From Catajapyx aquilonaris (taxonomy: Eukaryota), in NCBI GenBank assembly GCA_000934665.2, contig JYFJ02000807.1, forward strand, positions 1-64,000: a stretch of DNA of 64,000 nucleotides, given 5' to 3'. A program made the position numbers and the translations under genes. The notes under the pieces were generated by a model. It saw nothing but the letters and a program-made list of their open reading frames with translations. It ran no database searches and had not been told where the DNA came from. The stretch's first letter is position 1; each line of letters starts with the position of its first letter. This document shows, piece by piece, positions 1 to 13,692 of the stretch.

Positions 1-214
1 TTTCTTTGCACCATTGATAAGAGGACACAAAACTGCGTAACATATGTTTTTTTCATAAAATTCTCATTGAGTGACTCTAGCTTCATTTCCACCTTAATCA
101 CATAGTAATGAAATAATTCCGCAATGGAGGATAAAGTCGTGATCTATAAGTCACAGAATGAAACGGGAATTTCGTAACTTCGCACACGGAAATAATATGC
201 GTGGAGTATTTTAC

Positions 215-3200
215 CTTGCAGATAACTTCAAAAACTCCGAGATAAAAGAGCAAGTCCAAGCCCCCATAGATGTTGCGAATAACAAAGAGAAGCACAGGTC
301 TGATGACATTGGCCACAACGTCTGCAAACAATCTTATTGGTTGGGGTGGTTCCAGAAGAAATCTGATTCGCCTCTGTTGAGAACAGTGCAGTGCCAAGTT
401 ATGAAAGAAATATTATACACATTAATCAAAAACGCATATTCCCACCTCGACATATCTATCAAAGCCATCCTCTGAACTCCTTGGATCGTTAATCACAGAA
501 AAAAGACGCTGAACCACTCTCAGATCCTGTTGGTTTTCTTGATACATCTTCCTTATGGAGTAGCACAAAGCAGTGCATCCAAGCTTTACAAGGAATATGC
601 AAAACATTATTTTTCAGATCATACGCTGATCTAAGTGTGCGGGAATATCAACTCACCCTATCTTCAATCAGGATGCGGGCTCCAGCTTTAATCAGCATGT
701 CAACAATCGTTAGATTGAAGTTAAAGCATGCCATCATGAGAGTAGTCCTTCCATCATTATTCTGCAGATCTATAATAACTCCTCTCTGCAATGCCGCTTC
801 CACTGCTATGTCCCAGTTTCGAGATGTCACCAGATGCAAGATACTACTCCCTTCCTGTATATCAAATCATATTTTAAAAATTAAAGTACAGCGTAATGAA
901 TGGCCTTTGTACCAGCTAATTCACAAGAATCTTTAGCATACCCGCATATGCTGGTGGGGCCAAACCTAATTACTGGTAGTGCATCAAAAAAGGGGGGCTT
1001 GATGACACAGCAAGCAGGCTGTGGAAGCTCATTGTACTGTTGGTTCATTAATTATTACCAATAGCATGACTGTCGGCTTTGTTTTCTGATATTATCTTTT
1101 GATTTCAGGGCCGCTGGGAAAATACGCGTTTTGGCTGTTGCAAACATTAACTATATACTGTAGGCTACTGTATTATGCATGATGCTTTTGTTGAAGTCAT
1201 GTGCTGTACAGTTCCAGAGTGATGGTCAATAATGTGCCGCAGAAACTAACAACGAGCAGTCTCAGCTCATATCCAGCATCAGTACAAATAACGAAAGATA
1301 ACTTTTCTGCATTAGCCTTGACCAAATTGTATCACAGATTGCGTAAATTGAAATAATAACTCAGGTTTGGACTCAATTTGAGAAAGGTGTCAATTTTATC
1401 ACTTTAGAACGTAGTAGGCTACACAACACGATAGCTGCTGACACTTTAGACGTATCTAGCAATGATTTATCTTTGGCAAATAACGGCACACAAGGATGAA
1501 TCAGTGCGTGAATCCCTGTTACAGCATTAATAGTAAGTATGATAGAAAAGCATTATTACCATGTTAGCATGGTTGACTCGAAAATATTCACGACGGACGA
1601 CGCATTGCCACAGATCACAAAAGCTTAAACTGTCCCAAGTCCTCATCATAGCAGCATGAAACACCGGAGTGTTTCCCATTAGATCAGCAATGTCCATGTC
1701 TGCCCCTCGAGCGATCAACAGGTCGATCATCTCCATGTTTCTTGTCCTTACCGCCCATATCAATGCGGTGTCCTTCCGCTGCAATAAGTCAGAGATGGAT
1801 ACAAGCCTCCTCCCCTGGGGCTCTGCAACATCTACACTAACATTTTGATGGCCACATATCATTTTCAGGAATCTACAAGCCTATAGTCCCGTACTCCAGA
1901 AGCACCAAGTGGAAACGCTGGGCTTTACAGGGCTCATAAATCAATATCTAGTGTGTACACGTAGCATTTCAGGAGATTTATTGCAGGCGTGTTGGTAAGC
2001 TGACGGAAATGCTAAAATGCGTAAGGTACAGACCACTATACTTGCGAATCATTATGGCAATTCAGCAGAGTTCAACATCTTTCAAAATATTCTGGTAGGC
2101 TACATCAAGCAGGCTACTAACCAACTTCTCTTAAAAACCGCACGATTTCAGCTGGTCATTAATTCAAAAGTCTGGTAGGATTAAAGTGGCACAGAATGAT
2201 GGCAAAACTTTTAATGCAAGAATCTATTCAGTGAACCGGCCTCGGAATTAAATCGCCTTTTCCATTTGGGAGCAAGAAAGGGGCCTGTTGGCGGCACTTT
2301 AGAACTTTTGTGTCTAGAGTTCTAGTGTTATCAGCGTTTTTTTGCCAGGGTTGCAAATAGGGCTCATTACTTCGCCTTCATTGATGGAATCAAGTGGAAA
2401 GTGCACTTGAAAAGGCTGTAGGGCAAGAATTCCGGAACAAAAATACAAATCATTTATATCCTGCCAGCATCAAACCCAGCAATTGAATGGGTCCTAACAA
2501 TTCACAAAACGATAATTGAGTTTAGTCCTACTTAGTCTATTAGTGGTGTATGGTTGGCAAAATGTAGACCGTTAGTATTTTTAAAACGTAAGTACTTACC
2601 AAAAATTGCTCATTTATGTCGTGGCCTTCCTTGAGCAACTTTTTCACCATATCAAATTTTCCGAGTACTACAGCTCCTAGAAGTGGGGGAATATCCACCT
2701 GCAAAAATAAATCAGGGAGATTACACGTGCCCGAACCAAGAGGGGGAAAACACAAAGACTATCATATCATTCTGCATTGCAGCATACCATTTGCCGAGAT
2801 AAGCTGCCAGATATTGATTTGTTCTGACAGCAGTCAACTGGAACCAAAATAATCCTTCCCCAAGGATCTGCATATTTTGGTCTGACAAAATGTCGCCCTT
2901 CGGCCCAATGACATTTATTACAGGATTACCCATTAATGATTGTCGTTATTTCTCCTATCATACACTTTCAAAGGGACGAGAAATAAGTGCAGCAGGACCA
3001 TACAGGCTGCAAAACATATTCCCGTCAGTCATACTCAGGTATCTATCGAAGTTTTCTGTATCACCGATTGACATGGTTGCAAAACGGCCTAACCAATTGT
3101 CGAATCTGCATTGATGCCACAATGTACTGTAGCTACAACTGTAATTAAGATCTTCGCCATAATGCCAACAGAAGAGAAGGAGGCAAAAATGTTATACAGT

Positions 3201-3720
3201 ATGTATAACTTGTAACAATAACTGGTGACTGTGCATTATGCAGAGTGACATCAACCTTAAAAAAAATATCTCTGGGTCACAGCATACTGTACATACACAG
3301 AGGTGACATCGCAGGCACCAGTTATTATTAATAGAGTGTAAAAATTTAACATTTCCTAAGCTGGAGGAAGTACTGCAACTTGTAAAATTTAAAAGTATTT
3401 TTAAACATTATTTTCTGCTTGTAGCACAAAGGGGAAGAGAGCAGTAAAGTACTGTACACATCGAGGGCGACACGGTGGCCGAGTGGTTAGCGCCGCATCA
3501 GCCTTCCACCTCTAAGGTCCCGAGTTCGATTCCCGGGTCGGACGGAGAATACTTATGTGGATAGAGTTTCGATGGGTTCTCTCCGTGTTCGCGTGGGTTT
3601 TCTTGGGGTTCTCCCGTTTCCTCCCACTATCAAAATCCATCACATTTCAGGCAAATGATTAAAGTAGGTTATTCAAAAGATGATCCCCTAAGAGGCCCAA
3701 GGGGCCTATCACGGGGTATC

Positions 3721-3804
<84 letters not shown>

Positions 3805-4192
3805 TGTACACATCGGTGCTGAACCCATCTTGTATAACTGCTGCTCCAAGTTACACAAGAAGTTACAATATACTGTATATATATAGGCAACTGGTATCGC
3901 CAAGACACACCAAGAGCTAAATTTGCCCATTTAATTTTAATTTTTATCGCCAAACTCTTCTAGCCGTTCTAATTATTATTTACTAAATCCGTTATTTTAT
4001 TGCCTGAAATCACTGACACCGTACTTTTACTGTGTTCGAATATTCGTCTGGACGACATGAGATGTTGTCCCGTTATGCCAGGGAATATAGCAAGAAACCC
4101 GTCGAATGTGTTTACCAGTGAATGAGACATTTGACCAACTCTTATCATTCCACTCTCTCCTGCCCTGCTCTGGGAATGGCAGAGAGTTGTCG

Positions 4193-4253
<61 letters not shown>

Positions 4254-5616
4254 AATACCCCTTGCCACCCCTTACGGGGTATTCGGGGAGGCCATGCTAG
4301 AAGCGCCCGGGTCTACGGGCAGGGGGACTGGGAGGGGATGTGCAAGGTGCAGTGCATCGACTAGTAAGGTCATTTTGTGAGCTCCCCTGGGCGGCTTAGT
4401 CTGTCGGAAATACCACCCGAAACGAAGCCAGAGACGACCCGAGAACTCTGCACGAGATGAAGGTGGTATCCCCGGGCGTACGTTACCGCAGCGCCACTCC
4501 GTCTCCCCTGACAAATTGACAATGGCAGATAATAGTAGATATGTTTCTGAATATAACCTTGATATAACTCAGTGTCTGTAGAGATAATTCCCAAATGATT
4601 CCCAAAGTTGATAAATGTACTGGACCCCGAGACTGTCCAAGGGAGGTTAAGATAATTGCATTTCTACAATTTGTGACCCCCCCCCCCGCACCATCGCCCT
4701 AAGGGCCGGCGCAAACGGGGAAATGTGGGAAGGAGGCAACTTGTAATCACACATCCAAGTACTCATGTTGCCCGCTACAGGGTACAAGTGTTGCGGCCCA
4801 ACCCAGCCCACGCCAGCACGCCCAGATCGGCTCCAAATTTCTTGGCTGCAGGAAATCTGCACGCGCACATTGCCCGAGGAGAGCGCATGCGCTGTGCCGT
4901 CCTGGGTGGGCAGGTTGCTCCCAAGTTGCCTCCAAATTGTCCCGTTTGCGCCGGCCCTAAGAGGCCCGAGCCTAACGCCCTTGGAGATGTTGGATGTTGC
5001 ATGCAGGACAATCGGAGATGGACAACACGGGAGCTTGATTTCGAGTGTGGGACAAGTCAGAGCACTATGCCAGAGCCATGTACTCGTATGTTACCCATCG
5101 CCACAAACAGTTTTTAAAAACCATCGCCCTCAAATATGTCTCAATGCCAGCATCAACACCGCATCACTTTTGTCCCTTTTCTGGCACCCAGAGTACATGT
5201 TTCTTTGAGAGTAGTGGCCAATTAAATATGAAGTTGATACATACCCAGTCCTGTATTTCGAGCGTCTCTCTGATCTGAGTGACTTCGTCGCTCCTGAATA
5301 TTGCAGGTTCAGTCCCTGCACCAGCCGACTCTCCAGCGGCCGCGTCGTATCCGTTCGTGGCTCCTGTCCCTGCCGCCGCACCGGCCGCAAGGGCCCCTCC
5401 AACGTCAGCTGGTACCGCCTGCAGTACCGCAGATATCCCCGCCGCAGGTAGATGCAACGGGGGTTGTGCACCCGCCGCGATCGCCGTGTTCTGCGAGGAG
5501 GCAGCTGCGGCAGTGGCCATGGCGTGTTCCTGTTCCGCTTGCAATCCCTTCTTCCTTTCCGTCGTTTGCAACCGACGCTTCGTCTCCTTTCGACGCTGCT
5601 TCTTACCCCTCGCCAT
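215..5616 (-). CDS. Ankyrin-repeat protein, multi-exon, 3' end probably beyond the left edge
   Basis: Exons 5616-5245, 2698-2600, 1778-1560, 854-657, 583-446, 373-215. All have phase-0 GT-AG junctions and lengths divisible by 3. Ankyrin motifs: PPLLGAVVLGKFDMVKKLLKEGHDIN, TALIWAVRTRNMEMIDLLIARGADMDIAD, GNTPVFHAA, GRTTLMMACFNFNLTIVDMLIKAGA. Exon 1 (MARGKKQRRK..., basic then Ala-rich) is GC/CpG-rich; its linkage is inferred from phase compatibility. Confidence 0.85.
3464..3801 (+). mobile_element. tRNA-derived SINE with V-domain-like core and (TTA)n tail
   Basis: A box TGGCCGAGTGG and B box GAGTTCGATTCC. Central GTTCTCTCCGTGTTCGCGTGGGTTTTCTTGGGGTTCTCCCGTTTCCTCCCAC resembles the V-SINE domain. 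Perfect 14-bp TSD TACTGTACACATCG at 3450-3463 and 3802-3815. Confidence 0.9.
4186..4510 (-). mobile_element. SINE-like retroposon with (CAA)n tail
   Basis: On the minus strand it starts GGGGAGACGGAGTGGCGCTGCGGTAACG (A-box-like) and ends in the shared CCCC-hairpin-GGGGTA motif followed by (CAA)n. No clear B box or TSD. Confidence 0.65.
4702..4958. mobile_element. MITE-like element with 18-bp terminal inverted repeats, in ankyrin intron 1
   Basis: AGGGCCGGCGCAAACGGG (4702-4719) and its exact reverse complement (4941-4958). No convincing TSD. Confidence 0.55.
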
Positions 5617-6356
5617 CTTGCTCAACAGCAGCCAGGCGACGGCACGGGGGGTGGCGACGCAGAGGTACGGAGACTGCACCAGCTTCCTCGCCCTTACAGC
5701 ACCCAGGACACTGTTCCAAATACCTCAGTTCCAAGCAAATGGAACAGGTCAACTGTCATGGCGGATCCTCCCCGCCATATCCTCCCTCCTCAGTTCTCAC
5801 TCCCTTCACGTCATCCCACGCCTTCCCCCACTTTTCTTTGTTTTTTAAAGAATTAAGTTATTTGTGTTCAGCGATATTATAATGCACACTGGACCGTGTA
5901 AAAATTAAGGCAATGCAGTAAACCCCGAGTTTACTAGCTTGGGGATATTAAATTGGCTGTAAACAAGTGACGATCGACAAATTTAAAGAGCTGCGCGGGA
6001 AGCTCGAGCGATCTGATCCGTTTAGCCTTAGCGAAACAGCGGATTTTAATGCTTGAAAAATTACTAGCAAGTTAATAATGCACGTATTTATGCAACCTGG
6101 GTGAGGTGCCCGCAGGAAAGTTATTACTTTGATGTGAGCAGGTTTCCCAAAATTATCACAAATAATGGCGAACTTTGCGATAATCCAGTGTAAGAAAGGT
6201 TTATAAGTAACAAGTTTCCATTGTATGGATTAATTGACAAGCTTTTATGTCTGCGGGAGGAAAAAAAATTTCATACTAATTTTAAGCTGTAGAGACGTGC
6301 GTCATTGACACTTATGTTTAAACAGGTGCAATTTTAGACGGAGAGTAACAGAAATT

Positions 6357-7415
6357 GAAGGGTTTGGTGCAAAACAGGATAAGTCCACTTTTGTTACGCT
6401 TTCGAGAAAACAGAGAAAAACTGAATTTCCGGCAAATTTTTAAAATGTTCTAATGATACTTTTTTGTTTAATAGGTTGATACCAAAGTCAGCATGCACCA
6501 GAATATGAAGTTTGTACTACGCATATTACACATGCTACAGTATAATATAATGTGGACATGTCTCGTTTTTGCACCGAATGAGAACCAGACATGTCCAAAT
6601 AAATTTTTGTGTGTACCGGTATATTATGAGCATGTTACGAGCATGAATATACTTTTTTCTGAATTATAGGCACAAACTCATCACCTCATTCATCATCAGA
6701 CTCTTCATCACTCTGTTAAGCCGTACTGCACTTTAGTGACTGATACCAATGGGGCATTCCACGTCAGCTAGGACCATTTTTCCGACAAATATTTTCCGAT
6801 TTCGACCAAAATTCATAGGTTTGTACTAGTCGTCGTTGTATGTAAGGAACCGAGATTTCGTCTCTCTGTGACACGTGGATTCGAAACTATACAGGGTGTG
6901 TAATGGAGATTTTTCACTCATTTGAAGCTGTCAGGGCTTTGAATGAAGGCCCGTAACTTCTGAACCCCTGAAGTGAATCCAAATGTGATATGTGATTTTG
7001 GAACCTCTTTTAAAGACCTTTAATAATATCTCATTAAAAATAGCCGGTATAGAATATTTCGATTTCAAGATGGCGGCGAAATTTTGATTTTAATATAATT
7101 CAAAGTTCGATACTTTTGAGGTTTTTAAATGGCACTCAAAATAAAGCGTGAAATGTGTGCTGCATGTTTTCGAAAAGTCTAGCAGACTGTGCCTTTTGGA
7201 ATTTCACCCGCTAGAGGGCGAAAAAGCAGCCGGTGCGCTCTCTGGACCGTGTAGGCCTACGCTGGTCACTTGGGAGGGCTATATTTTCTTCAGTGGACTA
7301 CATGCCAGGTCTCATTTTTGTACCAAAAGATGCAGAATGCTCCAAGGTGGCAGAACTACCCATAACTCATTTTCGGCCGAAAGTGGACTTATCAGGTTTT
7401 TGCACCAAACCCTTC
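6357..7415. mobile_element. Non-autonomous DNA transposon (~1.06 kb) with ~35-bp TIRs
   Basis: GAAGGGTTTGGTGCAAAACAGGATAAGTCCACTTT at left and AAAGTGGACTTATCAGGTTTTTGCACCAAACCCTTC at right. Flanks AATT and ATTT may be a 4-bp TSD. Superfamily not assigned. Confidence 0.7.
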
Positions 7416-10400
7416 ATTTCAAAATCAGTTTGACAACATTTGAAATTTCTCCATTATTTTTCAGAAATCATGCACAAAAATTGGTCACCTTCGAAATCAG
7501 ACTAAACTGTCTAAACGCCCCTGCATATGGAGAATAAAAATATACCATGGTGCACTTCTCTGCTTTTTTCTGAGCATGAACGTAAATCATGTAATATCGT
7601 ACTGTATTATTATGAAATTATACGGGCTACATTCACGAATGCAGATGCGTTCCTCTTATATAACTGTGCAATGCCTATTTCTTTCCTGCCTCCTTTGACT
7701 TATCCGCCCCCTGCACTTTTCCCTTTCTGCTCCTTCCTCCACTCCCACTCTAGTCTCCTGTCTTGGGGTGTAGAAAATAGCATTTCGATTGGCTAGGTTG
7801 GAAGTGGAATAAAAGAAGCCAAAAACGATTTGTCAGCTATTGACGTGTTTTCTCTGGTCTTGTCATTCCCTCAGACCATCTTCATTCAACTGCTTCACCA
7901 GTTCATTGCACCAAGATAGGTCATTTTCTCAATGCAATGTTTGGGTGTAGAAATAAGAAATATACTGTATATCAACAGCAGTCAACAATGTATGATCATA
8001 TTGACCAAGAAATAATGCTGCTGTTATGAGTATAGAGGAGCTCATTTGGCTCTAGTATCACACTGCATTTAAACATTTTTATATTAAATGTTTGGAATAT
8101 TTTAAGTATTAAGTTGTTGTTATTACACTTTTGTGTAGACCTACATATTTTTCAGAAGTAGTAGCCTACCTGCCTACGTAATTGGTTATACCACTGTTTA
8201 TACATTATACTGTAATACCTGCCTGGGTGGATTTATCAGTTGGCGTAGGAGCGAATGGTATAGCGTAAGTTATCGATTTAATTTTTTGTCAAAGACTGCA
8301 TTTACTGGTATAGAATGCATAAACTGCATAATCAACATTGTCACATGCCTGAGCAAGCACTTTATCCAGCGTGCATGATGACTAATTTATACAGGACACC
8401 CAAATTGAACTGTCCGTTTCAGTTTGCGATAATAGGCACTAAACTGCTTATTTCAAGAAGTTACCTTGGCATAGTTACTGTTATGGGCTATAAAAATAAC
8501 ATCTGCTGGCAACAGATTGGAAAGGCTTGTCGGCCATTCTGACCAGAGTCATGCGTAGAATTCCGCGAAACTGGCATTGGGATTGGTCAAAAGTCATTGC
8601 GACATCAGAAATAAAGTCACCAATATGTTACGAGGGAAGGGAATAATGTGTGTAACATCAATGCTTCCAGAAGCTCGTCGGATTGAGACTCGAGCAGGAA
8701 TACTACTTGTCGAGTATACATATCGACATAAAAGAAAAAGGGTAATACATTGACAAAGCCCATATTAATTTATTTTTTGAGGCCTGAGGGTCAAACTGGC
8801 CCAAACGGTAAAAAAACATACATGATTGGTCTCTTCTTCAGGCTTAAAGCTGCAAATTATGAAGTCCTAACATTATATCTTCCGCCTTAAATGTGCATGA
8901 GGCTCATTGTTATGTTGTAGCTTTATGGACGCATAAAAGTGTATGAATCGCATCAGGCAAGGCTACATGTTCAACTAAGGGTATAAGCCTACCAAAAACT
9001 AAAAGTAACCACGGCTAAATCTAAGCCATCTAAGCACATCTGGACGTGACGTTCTAATTCTGAAAAGTCCAGATGTCGACGTCAGTTTCTGCGTTCTGTT
9101 TCGCTATTATACTAGTCGATACTAGTGTAGTTGCTCCACATTTTTTCGATAGTCGATCGAGTGCTCGCTTCAGTATAATATCCCTGGCCGAGGAGGGTTG
9201 AGGAGTTAAATTCGGAAAATATTTCTACTTGCTGAAGTGATGAAAAATGTTGGCACCCAGAACTGCTGTGCTGCATGTTCCAGGCAGCAATATCTTTCGA
9301 GAGAGAAAAATCATCGCTTCCACTTCTGCCACCCGATTGACAATTCTTGGTACCTTACAATATAGCATGTATTGATAAAACTTCAGCTCATATCTGTGTC
9401 AGTCAAAGTATATTGCCTGCGGAACCAATGATAGATATCCGACAGTAGATGGGACAGCTGGTATTTGATGTAAACCACTATTAAACGAATACGCTATACT
9501 CTTTGTGTTAGTGACGTGGTATTTTAAACAATTTTACACAATGTTGTCTGTATTTCTTGTTGAAATATTGATCTCTTAAAGGAGTGTTACCTGAGTTGGC
9601 CTTATTATGTAAGTCACGTCGCGACAGATTTTTTGTGACGTGTAATTATCGAGTGCAAAACTCCCCAATACGACGTGGTATGAGAGAATATTAACATAGT
9701 GATATAGCAAGTCCAATATCCGAGAATATCCTATTTAAACTATAAAAATTTGAAAAATATAATGAAAGAAAATCTACGATATTCCTATACTGTGTTATGT
9801 AATTCTGCTTAGACCTGACTACATCTCGGACCACAGAATTACAAGTTAGCTCTGTAAGTGGAGCTAAATTAGTCTACTTGACACAAAATAATTGCTATTT
9901 CTTCCATCTACTGACTAATTATTCTCCCTCATTTTAACCAAAACACCAGATTGCATATCGGTTTATGTTTACATTGCCTTTACTTTGAAGATTGCTGTTT
10001 ACGTGTTTTTATTATGCTTCACAGAAGGTCGATTGGAACATATCACGTCATTGTGGTCTTGTTTCACCAGATTTTTATACAATCTGTGAATGAAGCATTA
10101 ATGAGATATCCGAGGAATAATCGATATTAACAGGGCAGCAATTCAGCTAAAGTACAGCGAACGAATGTAATTCGTCCGGAATTCTACTCCTGAGGATTTC
10201 CCATGTGATCACTTCATGCAGTAACAGCCTGGGGCGGCTAAATCTGTCATGAGATCTGACAGAGTGTGTGATGTCGTTCGCTCAAGTTTTATTCGCTGCT
10301 TAAGCCCAATGCAATTACTTAGAGCAACAAGAACAATACAGTTAAGCTCGTCATTATTCCGTCGCCAAGTTATAACATGCAGTAATTACTTCAAATTATG

Positions 10401-11370
10401 GTCTAAAACTTATTTCGCCCTATTATGCGTTTCCTCGAGACAATACAGGTCATGGGCCACTTAACCGGAAGAAAATGGCGATCATCTTGGGAGGAGAATG
10501 ACCAACACTATCATTAGACGTACTAATTACCCTCATCGCTTGGTACCAAAAAGCTTGCTTGTCACCAGGTTACGATAAGGAAGTTGGACTTATCACCATC
10601 AGCTCCAACCATACAAAAGCTTTCATAATCGAGTTCTGTTCCCCAAGCAGAGTCATACATAATCCAAAGTATGGCAATCGATATTCTGACTCCCTCGCAG
10701 CCTGTAAACGAGAAAGAGGAGCCCCACTCCTCACATAGATGGATGGCTCATCTAGTAAGAGCCAAAGTGGAGGTCATTAAAGAAGGTTCCTTTCATCTCG
10801 GAAAGGGGGCTGATCGAGCGTGATATCTCCTCTCATTACTTCCCGGACCATGTTTCGTTCCAAACTGGGATCGTAAAAAATGATATTGCAACTGGTTGAA
10901 AGGAAAACATCAGCTTCATTATTTTTTCATTATACAGTATAACAATATGGCCTTTCAAGGAGCTCTCGGAGGCATCAAAATATAATAAATAAATAGTTAT
11001 GAAAGTGAAAGGTTTTCCAAATTTTACAAAATCAATAAATAGTGTGGTACAGATGGCATTTGTACAATTTCGCTCTTAAGAGTGTATTTCCAAATCTAAC
11101 TATCAAAACTGAGGGACTCCCAAGCGTCTCCTCCTATTGAATACGCTATGATTAGAAATACATCTCTTTTACACGGAGCCATTTGTTCAACTGATAATTG
11201 ACTATATAAACCGGGTTTCAATGGCAATGATGATGACTAGATGATGTTATGGTCAGTCTGTAGTCCTCGTGAAGCACAAATTCCACCTAAGTCTTGCACT
11301 CAATATCTCAGTAACTAAGGAATACCTTTGTAAGGCCAAGGAGGCATTGCTAATAACAAGTTCATTCACT

Positions 11371-13512
11371 TCAAATGTGTAGCACCACTTCGCCTTTGAC
11401 ACTCTTTGGATCCACTTCTTCTTCGACTTTTGGCACGACCTCGACTTGCGGGTAGAGTGAGTCATATGCTGGTGGTTCTTGCTCGGTTCCAAACAATTCA
11501 GTGTAAGTAGGAGGTGGTTGCGTTTCACTAAGGGTGTGCACCCTGGATGACTGGCTGCCTTGCCCTTGGCACCTCCTGAGGGCAGCAGAATCTTCTTTGC
11601 GCTCGCGAAGACACACGCAAGCCGCGATGAGTAAGAGGATGAGGAAGAGAGCGACCACCACGAACACAAAACCGGTGACGAACCAAGATGGGACTTCTGG
11701 GAATGAAATAATATTGTGTCATTAACAATGTCACTTCGCGAATTTTAAATTAGAATTTTCATTGCATATTTAAGCTTGCTTTAAAATTGTAAATGGCGAT
11801 TGAAAAAAGCAATTTAGTTTCAGTACTTCAGCGTGCTCATTATCGAAGTAGTAAACTCAGTTTAGTGGCCCACAAAGGTTATACTCTAATTCTACCCACC
11901 GCGATGTACAGACTACTCCTTATGTACTACTCTATCTAAAATCCAAAAATCTCGACGTTAGATGCACAAATCTATATAACTCAGTAAACTGTGTCATAAT
12001 ATTAGACTGATTATATTATTAACATGCAAGATCATGGAGTTCAATTTTGATCCAGAGTAGTCCAACTTAATTATACCTTTCCTTTCGTTTCGCTCAAACA
12101 GTTGGATCTTGCCGATCGGGTTTCATTACTTTGGCGCTGTTTGTTTTTAAATGTAAATATTGACTTTCGATTTCTATTTTAGTCCTCTGGTAATCGAAAT
12201 TCCAAGGAGGGAATCAAACTGTATAACTCTTACACTGAAGAAGTTGCGACAGTCTAATAATAATAATAATGGGATATGACTGCTGCCACGGAAAGTTGTT
12301 TCGCAAGAAATTAACACGGCCATTTATGTAACATGAAATTTACACGGGGAAAATGAGAGAGGAATTTCAAAAGGCTTTCTGGATCCGAAACTCATTAAGA
12401 AAGCAAACTTTGAACCAAGTGCAGAGGTAGTGCCAGTATCAACAAATTAAATGGAGCGTACTTTAGCTGCCATCACTGTTTGCTACAATGTGAATACAAT
12501 AATGTCACTGTACTGTAACATCTACTGCAGTGTGCCAGTGTCATAAATGTTCTAGTATGCGCACGGGCCTTATACGGTAGTGAAAATCCGAGTTGATTAA
12601 ATTTATTCCGGGATTATACTGCATATAGGTTTATTAATTGGATCAAGCACATTACCCAAAAATGTTTAAATTTGCAAGTTTACTAGGAACTGATTTTAAA
12701 GTCAACAAAGTTTTAACCCGAACAAACGCAGTGCAATGTAAAGAGAGATCAAGGTTACAAATAAAGATCACCCATTTTTGCCGGGGAAACTGCCAATTAG
12801 GCAACTCGTTAGTTTAGAGCACGCCCGGAAGCACTCGTCAGAATAATGAGAGCTGGGGAATGAAACTTGAGTCCTTTAGTGATACCCATCATTTTACATC
12901 GAAATATTATATGCAAGTGTGCTTACCGTGTGCGTCTCCACCATCCTGGACCAATATGCCTCCTCCATTGCTGAGATTCGATGATGCAAAGTGCTTCGGA
13001 TCATGTGTGGATGATACTCCAAGTGGAACTGAAAGTGGAAATTCATAATTGTAAATATGAAAGCCCGTTAAGATCTATACGTCCAAGTCAATCACTAGTA
13101 GGCTCGAAGCTATATGAATAATAAGGGATATGCGAAAAGTTGGGGTATTTTGGCCGCAGCAAACTGGTTCAATGTGTTTTGCTAATTTGCCTAGCGGGCA
13201 CATACATCATGCAGGGCATTACGCTGGAAAATCCGATGCTAATCCCTGGCCCGAAAAAACTGCCAAAAATGTCACTGCACCTGGCCAGTTCCAACCTGCT
13301 ATTACATATTGCATATGTAATACTCAGGTGATATGAACTTTTCTACAGTATAACAACAGCACATGGGCAAATCTACAAAATTGCAACTCACCTTCCAAAA
13401 ATCTAGCGCTGATACTAGCCGCGTCGCTCCAACAGGCTTGGGCCAGGACACAGACAGCACAGAAAACAAACTTGTCAAGAACGGCAGCACCCATTTTGAC
13501 AATATCTACCAT
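11371..13512 (-). CDS. Cluster gene A: signal peptide, short ectodomain, single TM, tail with two PPxY motifs
   Basis: Exons 13512-13392, 13028-12927, 11696-11371 (phase 1, 1; GT-AG). Signal MGAAVLDKFVFCAVCVLAQACWS; TM FVFVVVALFLILLLIAACVCL; tail PPPTYTELF...EPPAYDSLY; ends VVLHI. Confidence 0.8.
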
Positions 13513-13657
13513 TCATCTCAAAAATAAACCCCGAGGGAAATAATAGTGATACGGACCAGAGGACTGCTTGGTACAAGCCTCCTCTCTCCCCGACCCTCTC
13601 TCACCGACTATACGTCTCTACACCCCTCAACCCCCTCCGTGCTTCCTCTGGATCGGT

Positions 13658-13692
13658 AATGACCGTTTCAGGCAGACTCGTCCCTTTTTATA
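13658..13692 (-). promoter_or_regulatory. Core promoter of gene A (TATA plus initiator)
   Basis: Minus-strand TATAAAAA at 13692-13685 lies 32 nt upstream of the A of TCATT (13662-13658), an arthropod-type Inr, about 150 nt upstream of the ATG. Confidence 0.6.

Noticed and set aside
3464..3545. tRNA genes at SINE heads (also 22458, 22791, 54075)
   Set aside because: A and B boxes are present, but each continues into a SINE body and simple-repeat tail, mostly with TSDs, and I could not see a clean cloverleaf.
3709..4364. Poly-Ile, poly-Thr and poly-Cys ORFs (also 22726-23211 and 36300-36540)
   Set aside because: These are translations of trinucleotide microsatellites.
4405..4473. Possible hammerhead ribozyme (stem ATACCACC/GGTGGTAT enclosing GAAAC...GATGA)
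   Set aside because: The CUGAUGA core and the cleavage triplet are not intact and stems I and III cannot be formed convincingly. An Infernal search with hammerhead models would settle it.
5279..5882. Three overlapping plus-strand ORFs
   Set aside because: Antisense shadows of the GC-rich first exon of the ankyrin gene.
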